Both the position numbers and the translations under genes were made by a program. This document shows, piece after piece, positions 24,095 to 35,993 of a stretch of 64,000 nucleotides of DNA (position 1 is the first letter of the stretch; each line of letters opens with the position of its first letter). The DNA comes from Takakia lepidozioides (lineage: Eukaryota; Plantae; Bryophyta), in NCBI GenBank assembly GCA_030704615.1, contig CM060734.1:55242001-55306000 (forward strand). Direction: 5' to 3'. Below the pieces are notes generated by a model. That model was given only the letters and a program-made list of their open reading frames with translations, did not search any database and was not told the DNA's origin.

Positions 24095-26080
24095 AACAAT
24101 GAACCTCATTTCAAGCTTGGTATATCTGGCATTGCTTCACGAGCAGAACCCTCCTGGATGAAGTGTGCGTTAATGGATGGAGATGGGCTTTATCCATAAC
24201 CTTGCTGAGTCTTCAGAAAGTTAGCCTGAAAGAACCGCAGTGGCAAACTCTAACTCTGATCCCCGTGTCTTCGAGTGGTGCCTTCCAGCTATTCTTCACC
24301 AACCATTGTTGTGAAGCTGGTAGTTATATATGTAGACCTGTTTGATAGATATGAGCCGCGACATGCCTGTGTAACCTACAAGTTAGGAAGCTGTTGATGA
24401 TTAGAGTGTGCCATTAGGATTTCTAAAATGCTGTGAAGCTGTGATACAGGTTGGTTTCTTGCAGTTGCAATGGATTAAATAAAATAGCTGCAGACTCAAA
24501 AGTTATCCAGTTCACATTCAATAATCATGCTGGTTCAAAGTTTGAAAACTTTAGAATGAAATCCAGTGTCCATGAAAAACGTGTCCTTAGACTATGTGTA
24601 GCACTTCCTCCAAAACCCAAAACCGTGACACTCGGGATTCCACGAGTGCAAGGTGAAGCCAAGAGTCTGATCGAAATCTTGTGTTTTGCAGAGCTCTAGT
24701 GGGTAGATTTTTGTTGTGTTGTGTTGTGTCGTCTCTTTGCTCAAATGGGCTCTGCTTTCAATATCTTCCGCACAGACAGGATTGCAGTTATGATTTCTCT
24801 CAGAATCTTCGCTGTCTTTGGCACCATGGCTGTTATGGAGTAATTTGAGCAGCTCATGTCTCCTCGGGTGCTGTTATTTTCCCAAAATTTCCCACCAAAT
24901 ACCCTCAATAACTAGAGATTTTAGTAGTATCTAGTATCTACAAGGGCCACCTTTGATGGGAAAAAAAATTGCGGGGTCCTGCAGTGTAGGTTCTGCAGCT
25001 ATGGTCAGGCACGTTTTCTTGCCGCGTCGTCTGCAGCTAAAGTACTACTAAGGGCACCTGCCCCTACTTTTTCACACACCTTTCACAGATCTGATCAGTC
25101 CGCGTCGTCTGGTGCGATGGTCGAGTGAGGGTCACGCACCTGGTCCTTCTTCTCCACATACCCTGTTTCTATACACATCGCAGATCTCTGTCCGATTTTA
25201 AGCAGGGGACTGGGAGTTTGTGATTGTTTTTTTAATTTCTGTGTGCTGCTTTGATGAAGGACTGGCAATCTTCTCTTTTTGCGGGTCCTGCTGTACGATA
25301 GGTGTCACAGGGTATCCAGTACAGCCAAAGCTTGAGATAATGCTCCAATTTTTAGAAGGTGCTTCTAAAAACACATCGCGAGCTCCATCTACAAGCGGGA
25401 CTTCACTGTAAGTATCATCCAAAACTTTTTCTCGAGCTAACGTAGTCCACGAGCTCCATTTTACCAGACTATGTAAGTTACCCGACCATGTTTTCGAGCT
25501 AGCTGCTGTAGCCCTGTCACTACTTTCTGTATAGCAAGGTGACATATCCGCAGCTGCTGCGGACTTCACTTGAAAGCTTCCAATACTTCGTGCTATACGC
25601 GGCTGTCTCCCAACTCTTTTAGGCGCCCTTGATCAACCATTGAAGCCTTTCAATGCACCTTGGCCCGTATCATTGATGTGGTACGGAACAGTACTCATAG
25701 GTTGTTCGTGAGAACTTCTATCTTGAAGTGTGACGCATAAATGCCTGTATGCTAAGAGTCCTTCTTCCACACTTGTTTCTTTGGATGGAAGGTCCTTTAT
25801 AGTGGGTTCGGATCAGCTAGGACCTGTCACGGTTTAAATTTTATAAGTCAGAGCAATCCCTTCTAGTGTAGATGTAGTTGTCGTCCATGTGAAGTACTGA
25901 TTTTGCTAGATGGTAGCTAGAAGTTATCTTCCATTATGTTTCTTTTGATCGCTTGATGTAAGGCTGTAGTCATGTTTAAACGTTTAAACATGTGCTTGTG
26001 TTGCTCGTGTAATTTATTCAGCTACCACAACGTTTGGCAGGGCAATTCCATCAGCCGTCACGACACTGTGGGAACGAGTC

Positions 26081-26814
26081 TCTGTGAAAGAGGTTTCTTT
26101 ATCAGATCAAGGGCAGATTGCACGGCAGTCTATTATGCAACTTGAGCAGGAGATAGCTCTTCTAAGTCAATTCCATCATCAGAACATTGTCCAGTACTTG
26201 GGCACACAAAGGGAAGATGATAAACTCTACATCTTCGTGGAGTGAGCGAGGTCTCGATGACATCGCTGTACGAAAAATACGGGTTTTTTTATTTACAAAT
26301 TCGGCCCTACACGCAGCAGATTCTTTCTGGTCTCAAATACCTTCACGACCGAGAAATTATGCACAGGGATATAAAGTGAGCGAACATCCTGGTTGAAGGC
26401 AATGGGAAAATTAAGCTTGCTGATTTTGGGACGGCTAAAGAATTAAGCAAGCTGGATGAGATCAAGTCCTGCAAAAAAAGTGCATACTGGATGGCCCCCG
26501 AAGTGATTGATCCCAGTAAGACCTATTGGCTTCCAGCTGATGTATGGAGTCTTGGTTGCACAGTTCTGGAGATGGCGACTGGCCACCTTCCCTTTGGAGA
26601 TCTGGAGTGGCATCGAGTCTTGTGGAAAGTTGGACATGGGGAAGTACCGCCAATTCCTGAGACATTGCAGGAGGATTTGAGAGACTTCATCAAGCGATGT
26701 TTGGAAGTGAATCCCATGAATCGCCCTACGGTTGACCAGCTCCTTACCCACCCCTTCGTATCCATGAATTTGGAAGAACCCGGTCCAGACACACTTGAGC
26801 CGGCGCAGCTTTGA
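26081..26814 (+). pseudogene. MEKK1: 5'-truncated intronless MEKK1-like MAPKKK pseudogene
   Basis: VKEVSLSDQG..QLEQEIALLSQFHHQNIVQYLGT..LYIFVE*, HRDIK*ANILV, KLADFG, YWMAPEVI, DVWSLGCTVLEM. In-frame TGA at 26243 and 26377 plus indels; Gly-loop missing. Confidence 0.88.
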
Positions 26815-27672
26815 GATGAAGACGTGGGCACAAGTTGGTTCTAGGTTGGTTCTCTTACAGAGACGGCTTCTTTCTAGACTCTACTAGTGTAAGTTTACCG
26901 TGCCGAAGCTCGTTTCAGCAGAGGCACTGTGGCTTGCTAAGGTTTGCTGAGACTAACACTGGATAGATGGGCATTGGGCAAACCGAAGTTCCTTACCATA
27001 AATAACCTTCAATACACTCCGACCAGGATAAGATCTTGGTGGGCGCGTTTGACGATGCTGGCGAATTGTTCTGTCTGGCGTTTGTCAACACTGGTCGACT
27101 TTCTCCTGGCAGAGTTTCTGTAATTCTTGGTAATTACCAACAACAGAACTTCCATGTTGAGCTCGTTCGATTGGAGAAGTCGCTGGTGGGCTGTGTCGAG
27201 GCAAATTGTTGCGAGCACTAGTGGATAGAAATTTAGGAAGATTCCAAATTTATGTTCATACTTGTAGCAGTTGTTCTCAGATGTATGACCTGCACAAAAC
27301 GAACTCGTCCGATTATGGTGCCAGTGCAAGCAATTTGCAGAATCTCGTGAGCCGGACTAGGTGGTGCGCGACTTGCTCCCGAAGTCTGGTCCACTTATAT
27401 GTGTACAACTGATCATAGTTCTCGTGTGAATACATCTGAGCAGCAGTGTCGAATGTCAGAGCTCATCAAAATCTCCTTAGGGCCAGGTTACAAACTTTAC
27501 AACTATAGCGCAATTTTGTATGTACACACAGATTTAAGCTCTTCAACCACTTGAGAAATGAAATGTCTCGGACCTTCTCTGTAACCGCCTTCATTGCCTC
27601 AAGCCTGCTGCATTGTGGTTAGTCTCATTTGTAACCAGTTTGTGCACAAACTGAATCAGGTGATTTTCGAGC

Positions 27673-29641
27673 TCAGGCAATGACAGCTGCGAAGGTCAGG
27701 GAAACAGCCAAAACACTTAGTAGCAAGCCCTGTATCGTCCCTGGCATAGCTGAATTGTTGGAATCTTGGCTTGTAGGAGGAGAAGATTTCGGCCCACTGC
27801 TTCCGGGTGCATCCGCTGGTGGTGGGAGGGTTGAGTGGCTGGCAGGCAGCGGGCTGCCAGTGGGTGGTCCAAGAAGTTGTTGAGGTGCCAATCCTGCATA
27901 CATGTTGTCACGCGGCTCAGTACAAGGTGGGTACGTCTGTGGAAATTCTGAACTGTCAGGTTCCATCTGGAGAATTAAGATTTGAAATGTCAGGAATCAT
28001 ACCTGAGCTGTAAGAATGTCAGTTTGAGAAATGTATGGAAACAAAACAATGGATTCGATTATGATGCATGGGCCATTTCACTCACCTGGTGATAAACTTG
28101 GAGGCGGTGAATGGTAGGACGCAGGACTGGGCGCCACACTAGAATGAGGAGCGCCTACGGGGGACCGCGCTCCAGGGGTAGACTGTGGGCTTCCGTAAGG
28201 AGATCGTGCTGGAGACAGAGCTTTAGGGCTAGACTTGGGGCTACCGAAAGGAAATCCTGTCGGAGAGCTAGCAGGGACCCCGGGACTAACTGAGCGTGAA
28301 TATGGAGCCTGGGGAACTGGGGAAGGAGGAGTAGTAGAGGGTGACGGCTGGCTTGATGGGGAGCTGGCAGAGGGATTCACATAGATGGTCAATTTTTGGC
28401 CCTGTTGACAATGCGAATGCACACCGGTACCTGGACTTGCTTCCACAGCGCAAGAAAAGTAGTAGTAACCCCAATCCGTCAGAGTTGCCTGCAGACAGCA
28501 TTTTCGCACCAAAGATCATGCGCAAATCCACCCTAATCCGCTTCATACTTCAACAGCTGAAACTTATCAACTTTGACAAATCTTAAAACAGGATCCAGTA
28601 ACCTTGAACATAGCCCATCTGAATATCGACTAAATATCGACTTGCGGTCTACCTTGAAATGCTATCTTAGCCACCGCTGAACATCTGTTGAGCACTAGTC
28701 AATCATGTTATGCTGCAAGCATCATCACAGTACTCTCCCGCTAAGCAAAAGCTCTGCCCCCATTGTGAGCGCATGTACAGTCTCAGCATCATCAGCATGA
28801 ACTCAGGGGGAAATTAAAAATGTTCAAATCCATAGAAGATGATCTGAATTCATATACTGGAGCTCGTGATTCACGTACCAAGAACCCGGAGGTAGTCAAG
28901 TTAGCCCACATGACAGTTTGTGTGAAGTTGCAAGAGGCAAGATCGGCAGCTGAAAACAGCTGATTCACTGTGTGCGAGCCCTGCGCATAACTGAATACTG
29001 CATCACACTCCATCTCATATCAGGAAGGATCACACTGGCTATAGCAATCGATCGCCCTGAATACTATATTTATACGCGGAGTACGGCGAATTCAAGGGTA
29101 AGTATTTTAAATTATGTGGCGAAAATTTAGTAGAGGCGATGGCGAAACTGGTTCAAGCACGTCTTCTTCCACTAACGGCAGCGCCGCTTTCGCCGACGCT
29201 TGCGGAGTTGAAGCTTCCAAGTTCCAAGCTATGGCGATGGCGGTCTTCTCACTTGCGAGGCAATGAAGTTATCAGACAGGGGGAGCTAGACTACACGTGG
29301 ACTCAAAAACCGAAACGGAAGCTACTGCTACGGTTCTATCGAGGTCTAGTATCACATGATTCACTTTCGTTGTGCAGTACCACAAGCATGCAATGTAGGC
29401 CATTTGATAAGCTTCGATTCTCACCTAGGGTGTCATTAATTTCAACCGTCACTGAAGCTGTCCATGCAGCATAATCTGGAGTTCTTAGTAAACCAAAATC
29501 GTAATTGGTCCATCCTGAATAACCACCCACTTGAATATTCTTGGCATTCGCTCGATATGCGAACAAGACTTGAATGATTGTGACCAGGCGCAGTAGTGTT
29601 GCCCCCCAGGGACACCTACGTTTGGAGTTTGATAAAGCCAT
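27673..29641 (-). CDS. Phytocyanin (stellacyanin-type) with Pro/Ser-rich AGP-like region and probable GPI signal, 4 exons
   Basis: Exons 29641-29425, 28997-28879, 28488-28086, 27893-27673. Signal peptide, VGG.SGW, W.AS, F.Y...SHTV, C, YYFSC...HC.QGQKL.I.V (Cu ligands H, C, H, Q), SP/AP repeats and a hydrophobic C-terminus. Confidence 0.88.
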
Positions 29642-31470
29642 ACAAGTATGATGTCCACTGTTTGACTGCAAACAAAAAGGAACACAGTAGAAGGAGATTC
29701 ATGATATCTTCTCTGCGGAGATCATGGAAGTCAGGTCCTGGTAGGGTTCCAATGCAAATACAAAGTTCACCAAATTTCGACATGTACAACGAGTAGACAT
29801 TCCTTCGCAATTTACAAAATGCGCACACGGTAACTACTCAGTCGACCCCATTTGTGCCTGGGATGAGCCTGGGATAAGTTTCCTTGAACAAGACCTGTCA
29901 TAGTTGCAGATGTAGGGACAGTAGTACTAGCGTCATTGCAGATGCTCAGATGCAAGCTTACATGTGGTAAGCTATCTACTGCGCAGAAACCTGTTCCGGT
30001 TAAAAATTCTACCTACACCTTCGAGAGTTGTGCTACGAAAATTCAAGACTGGAGTTGAACAGAGTCGGAAGCTGTGTAATGATCTTCTAGGTCCCACGTA
30101 GTGCTTTAACAGACCCAAGGTCTAAATTATGATATGTTGATTTAATCAACCTGTGCGCTCTGTACCGCAGCATGATGATTTTGGCTTGAGCACACTTTCA
30201 TGCACGACATTGGTTTCTGCAAAGATCGACGCACCTCACAAGACATAGAGCCCAAGTAGATGTTCACTAACTGCCGGTGGTGAATGTGCATGATCTGGAC
30301 TGATCAAGGAGTCGTTTCTCCAGAATGTGACCCAGTCGAGAAACTGTGTTTTGCTGCTGCAATGATGGAAGCGAGAGAGCTCCGAAGAAGCTTCAGGAAT
30401 TTGGCTTCAGGGACGAAGTCGCTGACAACTCGACCATTTCTGTCTCTCCTGTGTTTGTGACTGCAAACTCTACATCTTGCCAGGATGATCCGAAACGCAG
30501 TGATCTTACCACCCGGCTCTGCCCATCTCTCCGAAAGTCTGTTAGATAATAGAAGCCACGAAACCAGAACCCTCACTCCAAAACTTCTTGACTGAATATC
30601 GGTGGAACTAAGTAGAGTGCACGCTGCGTGTGGAAAGGGGCGGGAAGGTTGGTGACAGTAGCAACTCGGAATAGAAAGGGCAGCACGTCGCGCGCCATAG
30701 ATTTCTAGACGGGCCACCTTCTCTGCCACTTTCACCGCACATAATCTCCAGCCTGGCGATTCAATTCGAGCTTGGCCAATCTCACATTTCCAACACCACC
30801 TCATAGATCGTGTACTCTCCATCATGCATCACCTCCTGAGTGTAAGGTTCACGCATGAAGAATCCGCGTATTACCTACCGAAATCCCGTTACCTGCCATA
30901 AATGAGTCATTCACATCTGATCAGGTTTATGTTTGTTCACCAGTGGCTTTCTCAGTCCCTTCAAGTGGACTGTGAGTCTGAGTGCAGCTACTTAGTGAGA
31001 CTAATTGAGAGTAAAGATGTTAGTACAACGTGTTGATCATAACTTCACCACAATTCTTTAAAGGCGAGTGAGGAGTATCATGGACGGCACCACTGCATAT
31101 GCCAAGCTTGGGCACCCAGAATGGTCTTTGGAGTCTGGAGAGCTCAAGATGTGGCCCTGGTAAAAAAATTCTGGGCCAGTGGTAGGACCTGAACTAACAT
31201 CCACAAAGTACAGAAACGGCTTTAGTTCCAGTGCTACTTTTGTCCTTTCTCTTCATCCACCATTTCCTCCTCTTTCCAAATCTACAATCTAGGCTGTGCC
31301 TTCACAATCTGCTGCAGAATTGTCCAGAATCAGACTGGTGACAGCCTCATGGGCAAACCCACAATTGAGTTCAAAGGCAACTGTGTCAGGGAGAGAATGT
31401 TCTCGTGCCGCGGCCTCTTTCAGAGAGAATATAATCATGAGACGTATGTCATAGCCTTGTAAAAGAGAGA

Positions 31471-31709
31471 TTGTACTCATAAGTTGTTGTTTGCCATGGC
31501 ATTGTGGCCAGTTTGGGCGGAACACAAGGGGAACATATACTACCTTTTTGAAGGGCTCACTCCGTTACTTGATTCAGACAAATAGTTTGGGCTTTCCAGA
31601 TATCCTCTAGAAAGGCCTTCACACAAGCATCAACCTGCTGTGTGTGAGCTGCCCAGCAATTAGACCCCAACAGGGCCAGGGCATTAGGCTCAGCCTCAAG
31701 ATTTTCCTC
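31471..31709 (-). mobile_element. 5'-truncated, decayed copy of the LINE-like element
   Basis: Similar to 45711-45975 (ttgtactcataag..gtttgcc; tttccagatatcctctagaaa; cacaagcatcaa.ctgctgtgtgtg); encodes LEAEPNALALLGSNCWAAHTQQVDACVKAFLEDIWK. Confidence 0.85.

Positions 31710-31712
<3 letters not shown>

Positions 31713-31750
<38 letters not shown>
31713..31750. repeat. (AG)n microsatellite
   Basis: About 19 perfect AG units directly abutting the LINE copy. Confidence 0.95.
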
Positions 31751-31753
<3 letters not shown>

Positions 31754-32902
31754 CACCAAGGGCGACAAGGTGGAGCAAACCAAAACCTACTACAGAATAC
31801 ATCAGGCGTTGCTTGAAGACGAAGTGCCTCAAGTAGGTTGGCAATAAGATCTTCAAAACTCGAGACCTCCACTGAAGATTGGGTGAGCCAACTTGGAAGG
31901 TGACCTGTGAGGTCTGTAACAAATTTTCCCGACAAGTAGAAAGCAAATGTCCCTGATTTTGAGGAAATTGTTACTGTAGAATCTAAGAGTTGTTGTCTCT
32001 TTGTTCCCAAAATTTGTTGTAACATGGCCCTGGTCCCTTCTACGATTGTGCCCGGCAGCCTGTACTTTTTGAGAAATGAAAGTGTTGGTGGTGTGTGTTA
32101 ATTAGAATGGGATGGTGAGGAAACATCGACCCGTCTCCCTCGAGGATGGGGAGATAGTACCACATATCGATTGTGGCCCTAGAGCGACCATTTTTCGTGG
32201 CGAGGAGGCACCCATTGCACCCGATAGGAAATACCTGTCAGTCACGTAGCCATGAACCACCATGAACCACTCAATCTCAAAGACATACACAGTTGCAATA
32301 GTTTCATCATCCAGAGGATGTAAATGTGATAGAAAACCGGGGAGAGAGAGCACACACATACATGCAACCAACTTGACAACCAGAGACAGCCACTCACCAG
32401 GCCTCTTGAAAAGTCTTCTAGAAGGCCACTCTGGTCCTGCTGCTGTATTGCCCCGGGGCTGCACGGCAAAGGTGAGTCATCCATTGATTGCAGCAAGTTC
32501 CCGGCCCTGTGCAAGAGCTTGTGACTACATGCCTACATCCTTGAGGCACTTCATCTTTGGGTGAACATTTGATGACTTCTGCTTAAGTGGTTCTTGGCTT
32601 GTTATACCTGTCCCTCAAAGGCCTCTGTGGATGTTATTTAAGTTTCTTTCACCTCTCTCCTTCTTTCTACTTGTGTATGTATGAATCCCACTGGCTTAAA
32701 AAGGGTTGGAGTTTGCGGATGGAAAGACTGTCTGCAGCGACTAGCATATACCTCTCTCTCTTCCTCTCCCTTGGTCATGATGTCCTTATTAATAACCAAC
32801 CACCTTACTCCATGTGGCAAACATAAGGCCCTCTCCAAGAGCCCTCTCCTTGTAATCCACAGTCACGGATCCTTCAGTAAGTCTTGCCACTTCATACTTG
32901 TT

Positions 32903-34680
32903 TTACATTGATAGTGGAGATATACTCTTGGGACCATCTAGAGTGGGAGGCACCAACTCCAGCTCGAAGACAGCAGCAAACTCCGCAAGCAAGCACTTAT
33001 GCACCTTATCCAGTAATGCTTGTGAACCCCATCTTTGACTTTGCTTTTGGGTGACTTTCCCCTCTCGAATCAAGCTCTTGACATTCGGTACCTCTTTGTT
33101 ACTTGACATCAAAACAGTGTACAGAGGTTCTGAAGATGACAATGCTCTTGCTTCCAACAACTTTGTGATGCTTGTCACCGAACGGTCTGCGATCCCGCAA
33201 GGCACAATGTTTGAGAAAGGTGCAAGATCTGTGTTCACATTGAGGGCAAGGCCGTGACATGTAATCCACCGGGAGACCTTCACCCCAATTGCTGCGACCT
33301 GTTTCACCAGTTGAGAGCAATAGGAGTGAGTAAGGCGCATTTTCAATGAACAGGTTATTATCACATGGATTCTGTTCCATCAGTGTGGATTGTGTTTCCT
33401 GTCATGGTCTCTGTTGTTGTCCTATGGACCCTCCATGGGTGTTTCTCTCTGCTCGGGCTTGGAATGGTCACTCCTCTATCGGCCACTAGCCTAGTGGGGC
33501 AACATGCTACAAAATCGCTTATCCTCTACAATAGCAGACTGTCAAAGGTATGAGTTTGGGATGCATTCACCTAATTTTCAAGTCTAAAGCCTTCGTGACA
33601 TTCTTGTCTGGGATTGAGATTACAAATAGATATGAAAGTTTCCTAGTCCGAAAAAAAAAAAAAAAGTATTACTCTACCGTGGACAGGCTGGGGACTGCTG
33701 ATTGCTACTCCAGACTACAGAACCCTGAAACAAAATCACAAACTACAGGAAATCACTAGTCCTGCAAGTCATTCTTTCTAACCTCAAAAAAAGTCTAAAA
33801 AGAGCGTATTACGATTACCACCCTGACTTCAACCATTTAAATGTACCTTCTCATTACCGATCCAGACACCAGTAAGCCCTTCGATGCGCGACGCTTCAAG
33901 CCCACAAGATGTCCAGAGTGCACGAATGACGACTTCCTCTAGGGAGCGGAGATACCAATGCAAATCCATTCGATGATGGCGAAGATTGAGAATCGGATAC
34001 ATCACTAGCTGCCCTGGTCCATGGTAAGTGACCTGCGTAAGGATGCAATAGCCACCCGGAACTAAGCCTCGTTTCTGTGAATTCACACACACACACACAC
34101 ACAGAGCTCTCCTTGAGTTCGGCCTACTTTACACAAATCTTAGACATGGAACAGTGTGTCAGAGTGTGGTGAGAAAAACAAAACAAACCTCTCCACCACG
34201 CTCAGTCCGATGAAGCTCAAAAGGGGGATTCTCCATATCAAAGCCCAGAAATTGTTCGGAGCTTCGAGTACCCATGGTATAAACAGGGGGGTGCTGCAAC
34301 ACTATCAACGATTCTGCCATATCCTCGGCCAAATTCAATGCCTGCACACGTTCCTCCACTCTTGACTTCTGCCATCTCCATGCCTCCACGTACGGAACTA
34401 ACTCCTCAAACTGGTCATGACACTCACACTGGCGAAGATAGGCTCCCTTCGATGCAATTGAAATTTCCTTGGACCCATCCAAAATGCCCTCAAACCCATC
34501 GGAAACTTCTTTGGACCCGTCCGGAACTTGTGCTCTTATACAAGTTCTTGAATTGCCCTGGGGCATGGCTCGCCAAATAACCCGAGGAAGAAGGGATCCT
34601 GAACTGGGCAACCCTCCGACATGATCAGGGCGAGCAGTGCTTGAGCAGAAATGTGGCGAACGCAGCAGTGTGAAGTTCAT
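32903..34680 (-). CDS. LIP2: Octanoyltransferase (LipB family), probably plastidial LIP2p, 3 exons
   Basis: Exons 34680-34189, 34032-33847, 33298-32903. [64 protein letters not shown]; N-terminal transit-like extension. Confidence 0.95.
34085..34103. repeat. (CA)n microsatellite in LIP2 intron 1
   Basis: About 9 CA units. Confidence 0.85.
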
Positions 34681-35993
34681 CCTTCTTCACCAGGCAACTT
34701 TACACACGAAATACTCTGATGATGATAGTTTGAAAGGGAAGAATTAGGTCAAGACTTTGAAAAACAACACACATGCCAGACCTCACATGCTGTGCGGCCG
34801 GCGCTGCAAAATCATTTCATGGTTGTCATACAAGAAATGACAGACTTTGCCCTGTACTTATATAGCTATGGGTGTCTGGTGAAACTTCTGGTGGGCGTTT
34901 GTCTTATAGCACCAACGCAAACTCTTGTTCTGCATGATGTGAAGAACTCTTCTTTGTATGCCATGAAACCACAGTTAAAGAGCAATACAAGTGTGCAGTA
35001 TGGTGGCCATGAAAGTTGGAAACCAAACGATTTCAAACATCACCACCCAAAATCCTAATTCTGTAGCTCCTAGCCAAAATACTCAGAGGAAATGGAGAAA
35101 CACTGGCCTGTTTCTCTTGTGGCTGAAAGATAATCACTAGCCTATGTATTTTGCAGCCATTGCCTCATCAGGGTTCTTTTCTTTTCAAAAGGGGACGAGG
35201 CCCCTAAGCCCTTCAGAAACAGGATTATATCCCTAGTGCCTCCTGAGCAAAGGTAACCAAGGTCCTTTGCAACCTGTCTCAAGAATGTGTGCATTTTGTG
35301 CATATGAATGTCAGGATGCTGAAATTAGCCTCAATAATATGTCAACAAGCCCCTCTAGGTAGTGTTGGCCCTCTGAGCTGGGCCTCAAGTTGCAAACCTC
35401 CTGTCTGAGGTTGTCCATTGTTTGGATCTTCTTGCAGGGTAGCCCCTCATTCCCAACTTCTCCATCCAGATGGTGTTAAGAGGTCAATTAACTCAGAGCT
35501 TCCAGTTAGAAGGGGACCATCGGACCAGACAGCACAACACATAGAAGACAATGCCAATTGGTCTTCAGATTCAGTTGGACAAATCAATAATTTACATTTG
35601 ATGAGCAAATACTCTACATATCATGGGGTTTGCGACCAACACATCCAACTGACAGTCTACCTGTAAACAAGATGCTCAGATAGATGCAACCCCCTTCACA
35701 ACATTACTTACTGCCAACTCGAGACTGGCCCCAAAATCTGAGGGTCATCACGGTAGCCAATGCTCCACACAAATAGTGGACCTACACTCGTGACAAGCTC
35801 AAAGGAGAAGGTGACAGAGGGACTGGGCGCTCCCAGATCGGAGACGAAGGATCTGAGAAATCTCACAGTTGGGTGAACCTGACCCTGCCACCAGTACTCT
35901 CTACTTCACTATGCAGCCATAAAAGTACACACTCATACGGCTGAAGAACTGTCCGATGCCAACAAAAGGGTGCAACTCCCAATCCTATCACTG

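Noticed and set aside
25198-25569. 123-aa minus-strand ORF
   Set aside because: Non-ATG start, no motif, no splice support.
30304-30825. 173-aa minus-strand ORF
   Set aside because: No recognisable domain or gene structure.
31750-32530. Exon-like minus-strand blocks downstream of LIP2
   Set aside because: Frames are broken and the family is unrecognised; too weak to call.
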